A stretch of 23,635 nt of DNA. Origin: Candidatus Iainarchaeum sp. (GTDB taxonomy: Archaea > Iainarchaeota > Iainarchaeia > Iainarchaeales > DTGL01). The stretch covers positions 1 through 23,635 of the forward strand of contig JAWALG010000015.1 in assembly GCA_038886995.1 (NCBI GenBank), read 5' to 3'. The first letter of the stretch is position 1. Each line of letters begins with the position of its first letter. This document shows positions 1 through 8,228 of the stretch, piece by piece. Under the pieces are notes generated by a model. It was not told where the DNA came from, did not search any database, and was given only the letters and a program-made list of their open reading frames with translations. The position numbers and the translations under genes were made by a program.

Positions 1-126
1 GCTGCTTGAGCTGTCACTGACTATTACCTCATACTCATGCTTTGGCACTGTCTGATCCTTTAATGCAAGCAGTGTCTTCTCAATAAACTTTTCCTCATTA
101 AGCGTTGGGACAATGACTGAAATCAA
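1..126 (-). CDS. Glycosyltransferase family 2, 5' part (runs off the window)
   Basis: Manual translation from TTG at 126 gives MISVIVPTLNEEKFIEKTLLALKDQTVPKHEYEVIVSDSSSS, the classic GT2 N-terminus (SVIVPxxNEE...EVIVxD). GAGGTG SD upstream; start overlaps the upstream gene's TGA. Confidence 0.9.
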   Translation of the reverse strand, partial: MISVIVPTLNEEKFIEKTLLALKDQTVPKHEYEVIVSDSSSS

Positions 127-1463
127 TGCTCACACCTCGCAATGGCCTTTGCAATTACTTCCTTTAATATCTGACCAGACCTTTCTTTTAGTTCATACGT
201 GACTCTTGTATGCGGCTTGTTTATCTTCAGTAACCTGCCAAGGTCAATCGGCGTTGCAATTACAACTGCGTCACAGTCACAGCTATTTATTGTTTTTTCT
301 AGGTCTGCAATTTGCTTATCAGAGTATCCCATCGCTGGGAGCAGCTTGCCTATGTTTGGATATTTTTCGAATGTTTTCTTTATCTCGCCAACAGCGTACT
401 TCCTAGGATCAATTATTTCTTTTGCTCCAAACTTTTGCGCAGCAACAATTCCTGCGCCATATTTCATTTCCCCGTGCGTTAATGTTGGTCCGTCTTCTAT
501 TACTAGGACCCTCTTGCCCTTTATTATCTCTGGGTTTTTTACACTAACTGGAGAGTCACAGTGCACAACTAGTGCTTTTGGATTGGCGCTTTTGAGGTTT
601 TTCTCAACTGCTTCTATATTTTCCTTGCTTGCTGTGTCTTCCTTGTTGATTACAAATACATCTGCTAGCATTACGTTAGTGAATCCAGCATAATAAGAAA
701 GTTCATGGCCTGGCCTGTGTGGGTCAGCAACAGTTATATAAAGGTCAGCAGCATAAAAGCTGTAGTCATTATTGCCGCCATCCCAGAGAATAACATCTGC
801 GCACTTCTCTGCTTCTTTGAGTATTTTACCATAGTCAACGCCTGCAAACACAATGTTGCCAGCATCTATGTGTGGTTCGTATTCTTCACGCTCTTCTATT
901 GTGCATTTGTGCTTATCAAGGTCATCGTATGTTTCAAACTTTTGCACAACTTGCTTTTTTAAGTCACCATAAGGCATTGGGTGCCTAACAACAGCAACTC
1001 TCTTTCCCATCTTTTTTAGTATATCGCATACATACCTTGTGGTCTGGCTTTTTCCGCAGCCAGTGCGTACAGCACATACAGCAATAACCGGCTTCTTTGA
1101 TTTAATCATTGTCTGCTTTGTGCCAAGTAGCCAAAATGATGCCCCAAGCTCGTTTACAAGAGCTGCTTTTTGCATTACGTAGTTATGCGATACATCAGAG
1201 TATGAAAAAACAACAGCATCAACTTTATTCTTCTTAATGAGATCGGGTAGCTCCTCTTCCCCAAATATTGGAATCCCTTTAGGATAAAGTTTTCCAGCAA
1301 GCTCTGGTGGGTATTTTCTGTCTTCAATATATGGTATTTGCGTTGCTGTAAAAGCCACAACTTTATACTCAGGATTATTTCTGAAAAAGATATTAAAATT
1401 GTGAAAGTCACGGCCTGCGGCGCCCATTATTACTATTTTTTTGGTCTTTGCTGTCTTTGCCAT
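123..1463 (-). CDS. COG2403 P-loop NTPase (usually annotated cyclic 2,3-diphosphoglycerate synthetase-like/GTPase); probable arginine synthetase ArcE-like
   Basis: GAAGRDFHNFN N-terminus, P-loop AVRTGCGKS, RHPMPYG, TIEEREEYE, WDGGNND, EDGPTLTHG and LPAMGYS motifs. SD AGGTG. Confidence 0.85.
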   Translation of the reverse strand: MAKTAKTKKIVIMGAAGRDFHNFNIFFRNNPEYKVVAFTATQIPYIEDRKYPPELAGKLYPKGIPIFGEEELPDLIKKNKVDAVVFSYSDVSHNYVMQKAALVNELGASFWLLGTKQTMIKSKKPVIAVCAVRTGCGKSQTTRYVCDILKKMGKRVAVVRHPMPYGDLKKQVVQKFETYDDLDKHKCTIEEREEYEPHIDAGNIVFAGVDYGKILKEAEKCADVILWDGGNNDYSFYAADLYITVADPHRPGHELSYYAGFTNVMLADVFVINKEDTASKENIEAVEKNLKSANPKALVVHCDSPVSVKNPEIIKGKRVLVIEDGPTLTHGEMKYGAGIVAAQKFGAKEIIDPRKYAVGEIKKTFEKYPNIGKLLPAMGYSDKQIADLEKTINSCDCDAVVIATPIDLGRLLKINKPHTRVTYELKERSGQILKEVIAKAIARCEH

Positions 1464-1471
1464 AAAAACAC

Positions 1472-1723
1472 CTATTTTCCAAGGGCCTTTACTATGGCTT
1501 CTTTGTCAAAACCTATGATTATTTTGCCGTTTATGTCAAGAACAGGAACTCCGAGCTGTCCGCTTTTCTCATACATTTCTCTGGCTTTTTCCTTGTCTGC
1601 GGCAACATTGTATTCAATATAGTCTACGCCATTATCTTTCAGGAATTTCTTTGCGATTATGCAATAAGGGCAAGTCGGCGTTGAGTAAACCACCACTCTG
1701 TTTGTTTTGCTATTCTTAGGCAT
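1472..1723 (-). CDS. Glutaredoxin-like protein (NrdH/YruB type)
   Basis: 83 aa with YSTPTCPYC active site, GVP cis-Pro motif and IIGFD; strong GGAGGTG SD. Confidence 0.93.
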   Translation of the reverse strand: MPKNSKTNRVVVYSTPTCPYCIIAKKFLKDNGVDYIEYNVAADKEKAREMYEKSGQLGVPVLDINGKIIIGFDKEAIVKALGK

Positions 1724-1754
1724 AAGCCCACCTCCACGAAATAGCTATAATAAT

Positions 1755-1780
1755 TTGAAAAATAAAAAATAAAAAAAGGA
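1755..1780 (-). terminator. Oligo-U archaeal terminator downstream of the CxxC-x17-CxxC gene
   Basis: Plus-strand aaaataaaaaataaaaaaa gives U-tracts on the minus strand about 30 nt after the stop; small AAAGC/GCTTT hairpin at 1797-1811. Confidence 0.5.
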
Positions 1781-1810
1781 TAGGATTCTAAGGACCAAAG
1801 CTAAAAGCTT

Positions 1811-1975
1811 TTACTCCCTTCTCCTATCAAACCTTCTGTTGCCGCCCTTTCTTTTCATAAAGCAGTCTCTACAATAAACCGGCCTTGTGCCATCCGGCTG
1901 GAATGGCACATCGGTCTCTTTTCCGCATTCGCTGCAGATTGCCTTGTAGAGAGTCCTGCCAAATTTGTCTTGCAT
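1811..1975 (-). CDS. CxxC-x17-CxxC domain small zinc-ribbon protein (54 aa; not in ORF track)
   Basis: MQDKFGRTLYKAICSECGKETDVPFQPDGTRPVYCRDCFMKRKGGNRRFDRRRE: CSEC-x17-CRDC with VPFxP and RPVYC signatures; GGAGTGA SD. Confidence 0.93.
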   Translation of the reverse strand: MQDKFGRTLYKAICSECGKETDVPFQPDGTRPVYCRDCFMKRKGGNRRFDRRRE

Positions 1976-1996
1976 TTTCTCACTCCTTTATACTCT

Positions 1997-2097
1997 TGAA
2001 AAGGGTTTAAATGCCGCTGCCTTTGGCTCTGTTGTCATAGCCGCAAGCAAAGAAGCACTTAAAGCCCATTTCAGCATAATTAGCTCTTCAATAGAGC
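1997..2097 (-). promoter_or_regulatory. Candidate structured 5' leader RNA (long hairpin 1997-2073, small hairpin 2083-2097)
   Basis: Minus-strand arms UGAAAUGGGCUUUAAGUGC / GCAUUUAAACCCUUUUCA, inner stems UGCUU/AGGCA and GGCU/AGCC, and GCUCU/AGAGC. The G-U pairs work only on the mRNA strand. Confidence 0.55.
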
Positions 2098-2170
2098 ACC
2101 TTAACAAAGTCAGAATTAGTTTCACAGCTTATCTTCCTTCATAATTTTTTTATTAATTTATGCCAGCCAA

Positions 2171-2182
2171 GTATTTAAAAAA
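2171..2182 (-). promoter_or_regulatory. TATA-box candidate for the CxxC-x17-CxxC transcript (possibly bidirectional with DUF368)
   Basis: Minus strand TTTTTTAAATAC, similar to TTTTAAATAT before the histone and TATTAAATAC before tfb. Confidence 0.45.
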
Positions 2183-2211
2183 TGAGTGGTTTTAAGTTTT
2201 TAGTGAATTTT

Positions 2212-3102
2212 ATGGCTTTTCGCGAGTTTTTTAGCATATTCCTTAAAGGCATTCTGATGGGTGCTGCAAACATTCTGCCAGGCATTTCAGGAGGCACGAT
2301 TGCCTTTATAACTGGCATATACGAGCGCTTAATTTATGCAATAAACAGCTTGGATTTCAGTTTCGCATTGCTTTTTTTGCAAGGCAAGAAGAAAGAAGCC
2401 GTAAAGGCTCTTTCAAGGATTGATTTTGGCCTTTTTGTGCCATTGCTGTTAGGCATTTCTGTCTCTTTTCTGCTGCTCTCACGCTTTGTGAAGGCAATGC
2501 TCACTGAGCAAACGGCAATTGCATATGCTTTTTTCTTAGGCCTCATCGCTGGCTCACTGATTTTGATTTTGGGTCACGCTGCAAAATCCAAGTTCTCAAA
2601 AAAGGTTTTTATTGAAAGCACTTTTGTTTTTTTTATCTCCTTCCTATTTGCCTTCTATTTTTTTTCAATTCCCCAGCTAATGCTTGAGCATTCTCCGTGG
2701 CTGCTATTCCTTTCAGGCATTGCGGCAGCATGTGCAATGCTTCTTCCCGGAATTTCTGGCGCATACATTGTTCTGGTTCTTGGACAATACGACTACCTGC
2801 TTGACGCATTGCAAAATCTTTCTTTTTTCCCCTTGTTTATATTCTCACTTGGGATGCTTCTTGGCTTTCTTGGCTTCTCAAAGGTTTTGGCAAAGCTAAT
2901 GGAAAAATATAAAACTTTAGTTTTTGCTTTGCTTTCAGGACTTGTTTTTGGTTCCCTAAGAATGCCAGCCGAGAAGATTATTGCTGCGCAGCCAGTCAAT
3001 TACTTGGCTGTTATTTTGTCAGCACTAGCTGGCTTCGGAATTGTTATCCTTATTGAAAAAAAGGCGTCTTCAGTGAGAGCAAAATCTAAGAGTGCCTTTT
3101 AG
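2212..3102 (+). CDS. DUF368 family membrane protein (polyprenyl-phosphate translocase family)
   Basis: KGILMGAANILPGISGGTIAFITGIYERL and the internal repeat AMLLPGISGAYIVLVLGQY; multiple TM helices. Start likely ATG 2212 (ORF track: 2182). Confidence 0.92.
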   Translation: MAFREFFSIFLKGILMGAANILPGISGGTIAFITGIYERLIYAINSLDFSFALLFLQGKKKEAVKALSRIDFGLFVPLLLGISVSFLLLSRFVKAMLTEQTAIAYAFFLGLIAGSLILILGHAAKSKFSKKVFIESTFVFFISFLFAFYFFSIPQLMLEHSPWLLFLSGIAAACAMLLPGISGAYIVLVLGQYDYLLDALQNLSFFPLFIFSLGMLLGFLGFSKVLAKLMEKYKTLVFALLSGLVFGSLRMPAEKIIAAQPVNYLAVILSALAGFGIVILIEKKASSVRAKSKSAF

Positions 3103-3835
3103 TCAGATGTCAGCTTTTTATGCATTTTCAGCAGCATATCTTATGATGCAAGGTCAACAGAAAGAGCCCTATACAGAGCTTCTTGTAATAGTACACCCAA
3201 ATTGGCTTAATTATGCTAACGTCTTTGGCCTACAAAAAGAAAGCGCAATAGCATTGACAAAAAGCTGCTACGCAAAAGGCCTCCAAGATGCTATTGATTG
3301 GCAAAGTTACAGAAAAGCAATGTTTGCAATTTATGGCAGGGCGATAATAGAAGCTGCAAAAAACCCAAAGACAATTGTTGCAATTTTTGCAGTTCCTATG
3401 GGAATGAGCGATTATAGGGCTATTGCAAGCAGTGATCGTGCAAAAATAAAGAAATCTGAATTTACTGATGCAATGAGGTTAATAAGGTTTGCGAAAGCAA
3501 TGCTTGGAAAACGACTTATTGTGATTAACTCACCTGCACTAAATGAGCTTAAGAAAGATTGTGAAAGATTTGCTCAGGTAATTGCTGGCAAGAAAGTGCC
3601 ACTTAGCAAAGATTTTGTGCTTAGGGCGGGCGGCGAGATAAGCACTGGCTGTGTACAGACAGTTGCAAATAACCTTAAGGTGCTTCTTAACCCAAAAAAG
3701 GCCTTTGTTGATAAAAGCATCTGTGGAGATCTCCTAATTAAAGAAAATCTTACAAAGCGTAAGCCTTTTAGGCGTACAGCAATTCCAAAAGTAAAAGAAA
3801 GGATTCGTTACCAAAGGGCTAAGTATAAAAAATAG
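3092..3835 (+). CDS. Hypothetical protein, possibly a divergent isochorismatase-like (cysteine hydrolase) fold, with basic C-terminal tail
   Basis: 247-aa ORF filling the gap between DUF368 and the permease; LLVIVHP strand and VLRAGGEISTGCV motif; K/R-rich tail. Start uncertain (3092, 3107 or 3143). Confidence 0.65.
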   Translation: MPFSQMSAFYAFSAAYLMMQGQQKEPYTELLVIVHPNWLNYANVFGLQKESAIALTKSCYAKGLQDAIDWQSYRKAMFAIYGRAIIEAAKNPKTIVAIFAVPMGMSDYRAIASSDRAKIKKSEFTDAMRLIRFAKAMLGKRLIVINSPALNELKKDCERFAQVIAGKKVPLSKDFVLRAGGEISTGCVQTVANNLKVLLNPKKAFVDKSICGDLLIKENLTKRKPFRRTAIPKVKERIRYQRAKYKK

Positions 3836-5114
3836 ATAATATGAAGCCAACTGCAACAGCAAAAGCCCCAAACAAAACTGCAGATGTTTCGATGCTCAAT
3901 ATGAGCAGCATTGTAATAATGATTCCAAAGAATGTTGGCAATGGCACAGGACCTATGCTAAAGGGCACTTTAAAAGGCCTATTCTTTGCAGGGAGCTTCA
4001 TCCTCAAGGTAATGAGTGCAAAATTTACAATTAAGAATATCACAAATATGGAAAAGTTAACCGTGCTTGCAACAAATTCAATTGAAGCAAATGAGAGCAT
4101 TGCTATTGATATTATTGCAGTTGTAAATACTGCTGCATTCGGAACTCCATTTTTTGAGACCTTTTTTAGGAAAGCTGGCAGTGCGCCTTCATTGCTCATG
4201 CCATATAGGATCCTTGATGTTGCAAGCATTATTAACAAAACAGTGCTTGCAGTAGCGAACAGAGCAATTATTGACAGCAGCAGATGGCCTTCTTTGCCAA
4301 AAACTATGCCGCCTACAACAGCCATTGGGTTTTGTGATTTGGCTAGCTCCTCAGCATCAATTAAGCCAAGAACTGAAATAGCAACAAGTATGTAAAGAAG
4401 CGATGTTAGAAATATTGAGAGTAGCACTGCAGCAGGTATATTCTTCTCTGGATTTTTTGTTTCTTCTGAGAGGCGCACAATCTCTTCGAAGCCAATATAT
4501 GCAAAAAACACCAAAGCAGCAGCACTAAAAATCCCACCAACCGACTTAATTGCCATGAAGTCAACCTTTGCAGCATTTGGGATTCCAGCCATTATAACTA
4601 TGAGCAGCCCAATTATGCTTATAGTAGTAATAGCCACAGCCAACTCTGCAGATTTCTTTACTCCTGTTAGCAGCACTATTGCTGAAAAAATTATGAGGAC
4701 TGCTGCCCAAAATAGCCAATCATAGTTTGCAACATTTGGGTTTTCTGAGGTGCCTAAAGCACAGCTTAGGCAGAAAATGGCAGAGATGTAGCCACCAAAG
4801 CTCATTGCTACTGTTGTAATGCCAACGAAAGATGCAAATATGGCGAGCCATGCAACTATAAACGCAAACCTGTGTCCAAAAGCCGGTTTGATGTAATCAT
4901 ACTCTGCGCCTGCTTTTGGATACATCGATGAAAGCTCAGCATAGCTTAGGCCTGCTGTTGCAGCGACAACAGCAGCGCAAGCAAAAGAAATCCACAAGCC
5001 ATTTCCTGCAATTGCTGCTGCTTGTGCAATTATAGCATATATGCCAGCACCTACAATTATGCCTATGCCGCTGAATAGTGCTTCAATTAGCGTGAGTTCC
5101 CTTTTTAGAGGCAT
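3819..5114 (-). CDS. APC-family amino acid permease
   Basis: LKRELTL...GIGIIVGAGIY, SYAELSSMYPKAGAEY, FFAYIGFE, EETKNPEKNIP, SRILYGMS, RPFKVP; about 12 TM helices. Confidence 0.95.
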   Translation of the reverse strand: MPLKRELTLIEALFSGIGIIVGAGIYAIIAQAAAIAGNGLWISFACAAVVAATAGLSYAELSSMYPKAGAEYDYIKPAFGHRFAFIVAWLAIFASFVGITTVAMSFGGYISAIFCLSCALGTSENPNVANYDWLFWAAVLIIFSAIVLLTGVKKSAELAVAITTISIIGLLIVIMAGIPNAAKVDFMAIKSVGGIFSAAALVFFAYIGFEEIVRLSEETKNPEKNIPAAVLLSIFLTSLLYILVAISVLGLIDAEELAKSQNPMAVVGGIVFGKEGHLLLSIIALFATASTVLLIMLATSRILYGMSNEGALPAFLKKVSKNGVPNAAVFTTAIISIAMLSFASIEFVASTVNFSIFVIFLIVNFALITLRMKLPAKNRPFKVPFSIGPVPLPTFFGIIITMLLILSIETSAVLFGAFAVAVGFILSIFYT

Positions 5115-5146
5115 TTTATAATTAGAGCAATACTAAATTTAATACT

Positions 5147-5743
5147 TCATGTTTTTTTGCTACTTTTTTTACATAACTCTTCTTCTACAAGGGCGCAGAG
5201 AATGTGAATTACCAATATGTGCATCTCTTGTATCCTTTGGGTATTTTTTGAATTTATGCCGATAGCACAATCAACCATTTCCTTGAGTTTTCCTCTTTTT
5301 GAAGTAATTGCAATTGTATAAGCACCTATCTTTTTTGCTGCTATAACTCCATTTATCACATTCTTGGAAAGGCCTGATGTGCTTATGGCTATCACAACAT
5401 CGCCTTTTCTCGCTAAAGCTTTAATCTGCCTCGAAAAAACTTCTTCAAAGCCAAAGTCATTTGCTATTGCAGTTGTTGTCGGCAAAGATGATGACATAGC
5501 TATGGCGGGCAGAGGCATTCTTTCTTTGCCAAGCTTTCCTATAAGCTCTGCTTCAAGGTGCTGTGCATCTGCTGCTGAGCCACCGTTGCCAAAAACTAGA
5601 ATCTTTTTCCCTTTTTTTATGCATTCTGCCATCTTCTTAGCACAAAAGCACACCTTTTGCAAGCTCTCTGTTTCAGCTAATTCCTTTAGTGCCTCATAAT
5701 GCTCCTTTAAAGCACTTTCAATAATTCCTTTTTTTCCTGCCAT
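5147..5743 (-). CDS. gmhA: Phosphoheptose (sedoheptulose-7-P) isomerase, SIS domain
   Basis: FGNGGSAADAQHLEAELIG, TAIANDFGFEEVFSRQ, ISTSGLSKNV, RIQEMH...H. Confidence 0.92.
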   Translation of the reverse strand: MAGKKGIIESALKEHYEALKELAETESLQKVCFCAKKMAECIKKGKKILVFGNGGSAADAQHLEAELIGKLGKERMPLPAIAMSSSLPTTTAIANDFGFEEVFSRQIKALARKGDVVIAISTSGLSKNVINGVIAAKKIGAYTIAITSKRGKLKEMVDCAIGINSKNTQRIQEMHILVIHILCALVEEELCKKSSKKT

Positions 5744-5750
5744 CTTACCA

Positions 5751-6461
5751 CTAAGTGATTATAATCATGTCTGCATGATGTTTCCACTGCTCTAGCAAAG
5801 CTATCCTTGCTGGCTCAAGCGTTGAATAAAACCTATCGCGCACATATGCAGTAGTTCTGCCCCTTATATTTACATCCCTTTTATATCGCCTTTTTAACCT
5901 TTTGTTTGGAGCTGACTCAAAATAAACCCTTATATCAGCGAGATGTCTTATTTTTGGATGAAAGGCCATAGTTCCTTCAACAAAGAGTACTCTTGTGTGC
6001 GGTATGTGCTTTGGTTCTAACTCCTTGTGTGTTACTAGGTCATGCACAGGCATTGTTATTGGTTTGCCCAAACGCCAGCCTTTTATATGCTCTGCCAGAA
6101 GATCTAGCTTAACTGCTCGCGGATCATCGTAATAAAGAGGATATTTTTCAGCAACGCTCTGCTCCTTAAAGTAAAGGTCTGTTGAAACTACCGCTGCGCC
6201 AAATTCCTTTGCAAGGCGTGAAGTGAAAGAAGTTTTTCCTGAGCCCATGGTGCCACACACAAGCACAACAACAGTGCTGCTTCTTACTTGTTGAATTCTT
6301 CTTTTAAGTTCATAGAATCCTTCAGTTATCCTATAACGCGGAATTTTAGCAATACATCTTTCATACCTTTTTTTTACCCTCATTTCTTTTGCCTTTAGTT
6401 CGCCCTTCCTTTTCCTTAGTGCTTTTTGCGAAAAATGTTTTGGCATTCTGTAAGACGGCAT
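5751..6461 (-). CDS. udk: Uridine/cytidine kinase family protein with basic N-terminal extension
   Basis: Walker A GTMGSGKTS, STDLYF (catalytic Asp), DDPRAVKLDLL, PVHDLVTH, VEG, RLKRRYKRDVNIRGR. Confidence 0.8.
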   Translation of the reverse strand: MPSYRMPKHFSQKALRKRKGELKAKEMRVKKRYERCIAKIPRYRITEGFYELKRRIQQVRSSTVVVLVCGTMGSGKTSFTSRLAKEFGAAVVSTDLYFKEQSVAEKYPLYYDDPRAVKLDLLAEHIKGWRLGKPITMPVHDLVTHKELEPKHIPHTRVLFVEGTMAFHPKIRHLADIRVYFESAPNKRLKRRYKRDVNIRGRTTAYVRDRFYSTLEPARIALLEQWKHHADMIIIT

Positions 6462-6516
6462 AATAAAAACTTACATTTCTACTATATATACTTTTTTGCA
6501 AATTTATGCAATAACT

Positions 6517-7232
6517 CTATGCAAGCACGATTAGGTTTGCCTTATGCCTCTGCTGTTCCATATACTGTAGCCTTGATTCCTCAACTGTTGAATAGAATCT
6601 GTCTCTAGCATATGTGATACTTCTGCCTCTTTCCTTAACGTCCCTTCGGTATTTTCTTTTTAGGCGCTTTTGCGGAGATGATTCAAAATATACTTTTAGA
6701 TTAGAAACTTGATTATTTCCGGATGGAATGCAACAATGCCTTCTATTATAAGAACCCTTGTGTGTGGTATTTCCCTTGGCTCAAGTCGCTCGTGCGTTAT
6801 TGGATCATGTGCTGGAACCATTATGCTTTTACCTTTTTTCCATTCCTTAATAGCTTCAGCCATTGCTTTTATGTCAACTGAGCGCACATCGTCAAAGTAT
6901 AATGGCAATTTTGCAACATATTCTGCTTGCTTGTAATAAAAATCAGTTGATATTAAGCCAGCATTTAAGTCCTTTGCAAGCCTTTTAGCAAAACTCGTCT
7001 TTCCAGAGGTGCTCGGGCCACATATTGCCACAATAAAAGGGCCTTGTGATTGCAAAACAATTCTTTTTATCTCTTCCATTGCAGGGACAAGCCTCAGCTT
7101 TGGTATTGAAGCTGCCTTTTCCGCATACCTTTTTCTCAGCTTCTGCTCTCTTTCCCTGATTTTGGCAATTCTTTTTTTGAGCATCTTCTGTGTGTAATGC
7201 TGTGGTGGCCTGTAATACTTTGGCACTGCCAT
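6517..7232 (-). pseudogene. Second uridine-kinase paralog interrupted by a 1-nt frameshift near 6705 (pseudogene or sequencing error)
   Basis: ORF 6696-7232 stops at IIKFLI*. Adding one T at AAG TTT (T)CT restores SNLKVYFESSPQKRLKRKYRRDVKERGRSITYARDRFYSTVEESRLQYMEQQRHKANLIVLA* (stop 6517-6519), collinear with the neighbour's C-terminus; 238 aa when restored. Confidence 0.88.
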
Positions 7233-7303
7233 AACTAATGCCTAATTGCAAAAGTTTAAATATTACTTTGTATCTATTATGTTAAATTTGCGGTGGTGGA
7301 ACA

Positions 7304-8083
7304 TTGGGAATTCAGGACATCATACTTCCTTTTACAAAGAAAAGCGACCTTGAGAAGAAGAAGGAAGAAATGCGCAAGGCAATTGGGCTCTTTGGGGAAA
7401 ATAAACAGCGAACTCCTGATGAGTCAGAGGAGCTTGAAAGGCTTGCTGAAGAGATAAGAGCCCTTGAGAGCAAATCACAGAAAAAAGATGCCACCAAAAA
7501 GGAGCAAATACGCGAGGAAATAGACCTTAAAGAATTTGAGGATAAGAGCATTAAAGCAAAAAAAGCAGCCCCAGAACTAAAAGAAGAACCATTAGAAGTG
7601 CCAAAAACCGTAAAGAGCGCGCAACCAGAAAAAATTGTTAAAAAGGAAATTAATGCTGTTGAAGCCCCCCCTTTGGAAAGTAAGCCAGCAGAGGTGCGTG
7701 ATAAGAGCAGCGCAGCTGTACCAAAAGAAGACCTCTTTGGAAAACAGCTGCCTGTCTTTTACTTTTGGTATTGCGATCTAAAGGCAGGCAATCTTTTAGA
7801 GTTTGAGCAAGCAGTTGCAAAGGCACCGATAAACTCTTTGGAGCACCATGCATCAAACCATGATTTTAGCAACTGGCTTTCAAGCAGTATGCCAGAATAT
7901 TTCATAACTCCTTTAAAGGCAGCCGAGAACAGAAAAGGCGAAGATCTAAGAAAAGCGATACTTGAACTTATGTCAGGCCTTAGGCGTAACTTTAAGGAGC
8001 CGCAACTCATTGAATCAAAAGCAGTTTCAAATCAGAAAAGCGAGAAGAAGCAGCTGAAGGAACCAATATTCTCAACTTTTTAA
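7304..8083 (+). CDS. Hypothetical protein: charged coiled-coil/low-complexity N-terminus plus DUF5752-like C-terminal domain
   Basis: TTG start after GGTGG SD; FYF...AGNLLEF...SLEHH...NHDFSNWL resembles DUF5752. Confidence 0.75.
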   Translation: MGIQDIILPFTKKSDLEKKKEEMRKAIGLFGENKQRTPDESEELERLAEEIRALESKSQKKDATKKEQIREEIDLKEFEDKSIKAKKAAPELKEEPLEVPKTVKSAQPEKIVKKEINAVEAPPLESKPAEVRDKSSAAVPKEDLFGKQLPVFYFWYCDLKAGNLLEFEQAVAKAPINSLEHHASNHDFSNWLSSSMPEYFITPLKAAENRKGEDLRKAILELMSGLRRNFKEPQLIESKAVSNQKSEKKQLKEPIFSTF

Positions 8084-8160
8084 ACTTTTCTATTTTTTGT
8101 GCTAAAAACAACATTTTTTAATTTTTCTGCAAAAAACCGCAAAAAACACTTATAGCATAG

Positions 8161-8170
8161 TTTTAAATAT
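8161..8170 (+). promoter_or_regulatory. TATA box for the histone gene
   Basis: TTTTAAATAT about 60 nt upstream of ATG 8229; GGAGG SD at 8217-8221. Confidence 0.55.
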
Positions 8171-8228
8171 AGGTTTGTGCATTTTTTTAAACATATAAAC
8201 AATGTTTTTTAAAAAAGGAGGCGATTAA

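Noticed and set aside
6426-6608. 60-aa plus-strand ORF between the kinases
   Set aside because: It is antisense to the frameshifted kinase C-terminus and to the start of the first kinase.
6696-6712. Programmed -1 frameshift in the second kinase
   Set aside because: The context ATC AAG TTT CTA is not an X XXY YYZ heptamer and no obvious stimulator was seen; an indel is simpler.
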